Shown here: piece by piece, positions 61,231 through 63,964 of the stretch | Layout of the letters: each line of letters starts with the position of its first letter | Position numbering within the stretch: the stretch's first letter is position 1 | Source: Podarcis gaigeae | Taxonomy: Eukaryota | Assembly (NCBI GenBank): GCA_964106915.2 | Contig: OZ066914.1 | Direction: 5' to 3' (one strand) | Length of the DNA: 63,964 nucleotides | The notes under the pieces: generated by a model | What the model saw: only the letters and a program-made list of their open reading frames with translations | Database searches by the model: none | What the model was told of the DNA's origin: nothing | Program-made: the position numbers and the translations under genes

Positions 61231-62384
61231 GGCAGAGAGGTTTATCACCGGATTTGTGTGTGCACCTCATAATTTCCACAAATTTCACTAAATAATATAC
61301 GGGTAATCAAGTGGACCCACATGCTGTCTGATGATTCGCGTGGTTTCCCCCCCCCTCTCCCTCCCTCCCTCCCTCCCTCCAAAAGGAGATATGAATACCA
61401 TAAAACACGATTCATCAATAGATGGCCGTCTCCCTGACACCCACGCCCCAACCCCATCTGCCCTCTTCCCCCCCTCCCCCAGGTAAATCAAAGCCTTTTG
61501 TCTCATCTGACTTTCTTAACCTTTGATGCCCTTTAGTTTACAATTTCGGGGATCCTATGAAAACATTAGTTGGTTACATTTCAGAAATCAAGAGCCAAAG
61601 CGTTAAGTTCAGGCAAGGGGAGCGAAGGAAGCGTCGAAAACCAGGGAAAGGACAGAAAATCAGAAGAAGACATCAAACAAGAGGGCAATATGATGTACAA
61701 TGGATCTCCTCTGCCTTTGTTTGGCAGGGGTCAACCAAAAGTTACCAGCATCTAGTTGGGCAGAACAAAATTAGGCAATAAGTAACTAGCTTCGAATTTA
61801 CATTGCAAGTGTCGAAACAATCTGTTTTTGTAAACTCCATACAGATAACAAACTATCCTGAGACCTCTAAAGTTCAACCTAAAAAAAAGATATATTTTTT
61901 TAAAAAAATGGCTGGTTTTTTATTTTAAAAAATGGCTGGTGTTTTTTTTAAAAAAAGCTTTAATAAGATAATTCCAATGTTCAAATTGTTCATAGCCTTA
62001 TTTCAGAGTACAAGAAAACGAGGCGACTGTTTCTCTTGGCGTCCAACGTTAACATAAAAATCTGGAGAAAATTGGGGCATGGGAACGAATGCAGAAATCG
62101 GTATTATCAAAGTTACTTTAGCCACCCTTTATTATTATCTGCAAGCACATATTAACTGGCCAATTAGCATTTTCACAAATTCTTTGCAGACTAATTATAT
62201 TAATACGAACAGGTTTATGGTGAGATATAAATAACTGTAATATTTTTTTAAAAAAATAAGCAACAAATATAGAACTATTCTTTTTAATGTCCTAGTATAC
62301 CAGAGTGAGGCAATAGCATCCAACATGCATGTGTCTTTGAGCATCTTCTATGTTTATAACTTATAACCATTTGCAGAAAGGTGA

Positions 62385-62485
62385 AGTTTTTGCATCGACC
62401 ATATATTCCCCTAGAATCGAATCTGTGACTATGTAAACACCACACAAATTCGGTTCTACAGGGTATATATAGACAACGTAATAAC
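62385..62485 (-). ncRNA. MIR10B: microRNA precursor miR-10b
   Basis: Mature 5p UACCCUGUAGAACCGAAUUUGUG at 62465-62443; 3p ACAGAUUCGAUUCUAGGGGAAU at 62426-62405; located just upstream of HOXD4 as in other vertebrates. Confidence 0.98.
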
Positions 62486-63394
62486 ATTTTGCTTTCGTCT
62501 ACAGAGGGTGGGTAACAAAGGCAGCGTCACTGTAGCGTCCTGATCCCTCTGACTCGCTCGCGAGGAATTCATACTACTCTCTGTTGGGGTAAAGGTCTGA
62601 AATTATGGATTTGAAAAATATAATGATTTCATAGGAAAGCATACCAAAAAAGTGTCATTTTTGTGACTTTGGTCTTTTTCAAGACGTAACGAGTTCTCAC
62701 GACGGGATTTTCAGATAATCTACGTGACAATCGCTCTGGATTCTTCAGCATTTAAAGCACTTGCGCTTAAAAAACACACCATTCAAATAATAACTGTACA
62801 CTTTCAATAAAAAGAAAGGCTGTCAGCTAATTTATTTTTGTCAATAGCATGATGTTGATCTAAACAACCCGCCTTTCAATCCCATAATAAAAGTCTTGGT
62901 GCGAAGAGACCTTTATATAGGAGAAAGCTAACTATTCGTTTCTGAAAACAACTAAATGGAATTATTTCTATTTCTATTTTTTGTATTTTTACCTTGATGG
63001 CACTAGCATCAAGCTGAATATTCTCCTAACTGCGGAAAGTATCTGAGCCTTATAAAAAGAAGGGGGGGGAACCTCCACACCACTGTCCTTTGGTTTTCAT
63101 GCAGTAGTGTTGATGGTGAAGGGCAGGGCAAGAGGTCATTTTAAATCATTTACAAACATATCCCAGCGTTTCATTATTTCTACTTTGTCGACGGCAACAC
63201 ACAGGATTCCAAAAGTTCATGCATTGTGGCTGACCCGGTTCCTCTGTGTTGTCTTGCGGTCAGTTCCCTTCCATTCTCCCTCTGTTGGGTATTCTAAGCA
63301 AACCAACTTGGGATAAATCAGAGCGAGAGTGAATGGGAATATATGTACGTGTCTGCGTGTGTGTGCATATATGTATATGTGCATGTGTGAAGCC

Positions 63395-63527
63395 GAAAGC
63401 ACCAGCCTGAAGATGACGAGTGAGACCTCGTCGAAACGTCGCCTAGACACCCCAACTTTTACACGGGAAGACACCCGAGGACACCAAAACCTGCATTCCT
63501 GTACCCGTGAAAATCTACGAAAGCAAA
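63395..63527 (+). mobile_element. Penelope-like terminal repeat with a minimal hammerhead-ribozyme core
   Basis: CTGAAGA-t-GACGAG-tgagac-CTCGTC-GAAA-CG-TC at 63407-63440. Confidence 0.72.
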
Positions 63528-63964
63528 TACATATATGTATCTATAGACATGTATGCATATATATCACTAAGCATCTGTGAGCAAATGGCTTTTTAAGCAA
63601 CGACCTGCTCGTTTTCATGGAATTAGGGGTGGCTTTTTCTTTCCAGAAGGTGGTCTCCTTGGAACAGAAATGGAAGAGCAAGTGGATCACTTTACGGATT
63701 TCTGAATCAGTACCTGCTCTCTGAGTTGGCTAAAGAGGCATTCTTATTTCTAATGAGAAGAATGCGTGGGTACTCTTCACTCTTGCTCCCTTTGATGAGT
63801 AAGTATTTAAGCAAGAAATGCAAAACGGTCCAATTCTACAGAATATACGTTTTCAAATGTTACTTCTAGGGGAAAGCGGAATTAAGGGGTGGCCTGGGAC
63901 AGGACTAATCGGAGAAAGGGCTTTCTTTAATTTAATTTAAACAAAACAAAACATTTTTAAAAAA

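Overview
Vertebrate genomic DNA from the 3' (anterior) end of a HoxD cluster, with all genes on the minus strand. In window order: HOXD1 (2 coding exons, 286 aa), HOXD3 (2 coding exons, 434 aa), HOXD4 (2 coding exons, 246 aa), and the miR-10b hairpin. The repeats (Sauria SINEs, tRNA/CR1-tail SINEs, BovB, Penelope-like termini, hAT and Tc1/mariner MITEs, solo LTRs) indicate a squamate, most likely a lacertid lizard (inference). Recognisable regulatory elements: DR5 RAREs upstream of the HOXD3 coding exons and downstream of HOXD4, and the HB1 element in the HOXD4 intron. The main discovery candidate is at about 20.5 kb, in the paralog-group-2 position between HOXD3 and HOXD1. It is a frameshifted relic of Hox2 exon 1 (SSSI...HST..PPP) that keeps an intact TGATTGAT Hox/Pbx element, with an orphan Hox-type CCAAT/E-box module upstream. 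This looks like a fossil HOXD2 retained as regulatory DNA. Other notable items: three independent co-oriented solo LTRs upstream of HOXD1, young Penelope termini with a hammerhead-ribozyme core, a very abundant ~90-bp hairpin element, and a MITE copy that apparently moved with flanking Hox-cluster DNA. There is one assembly gap (17508-17983).
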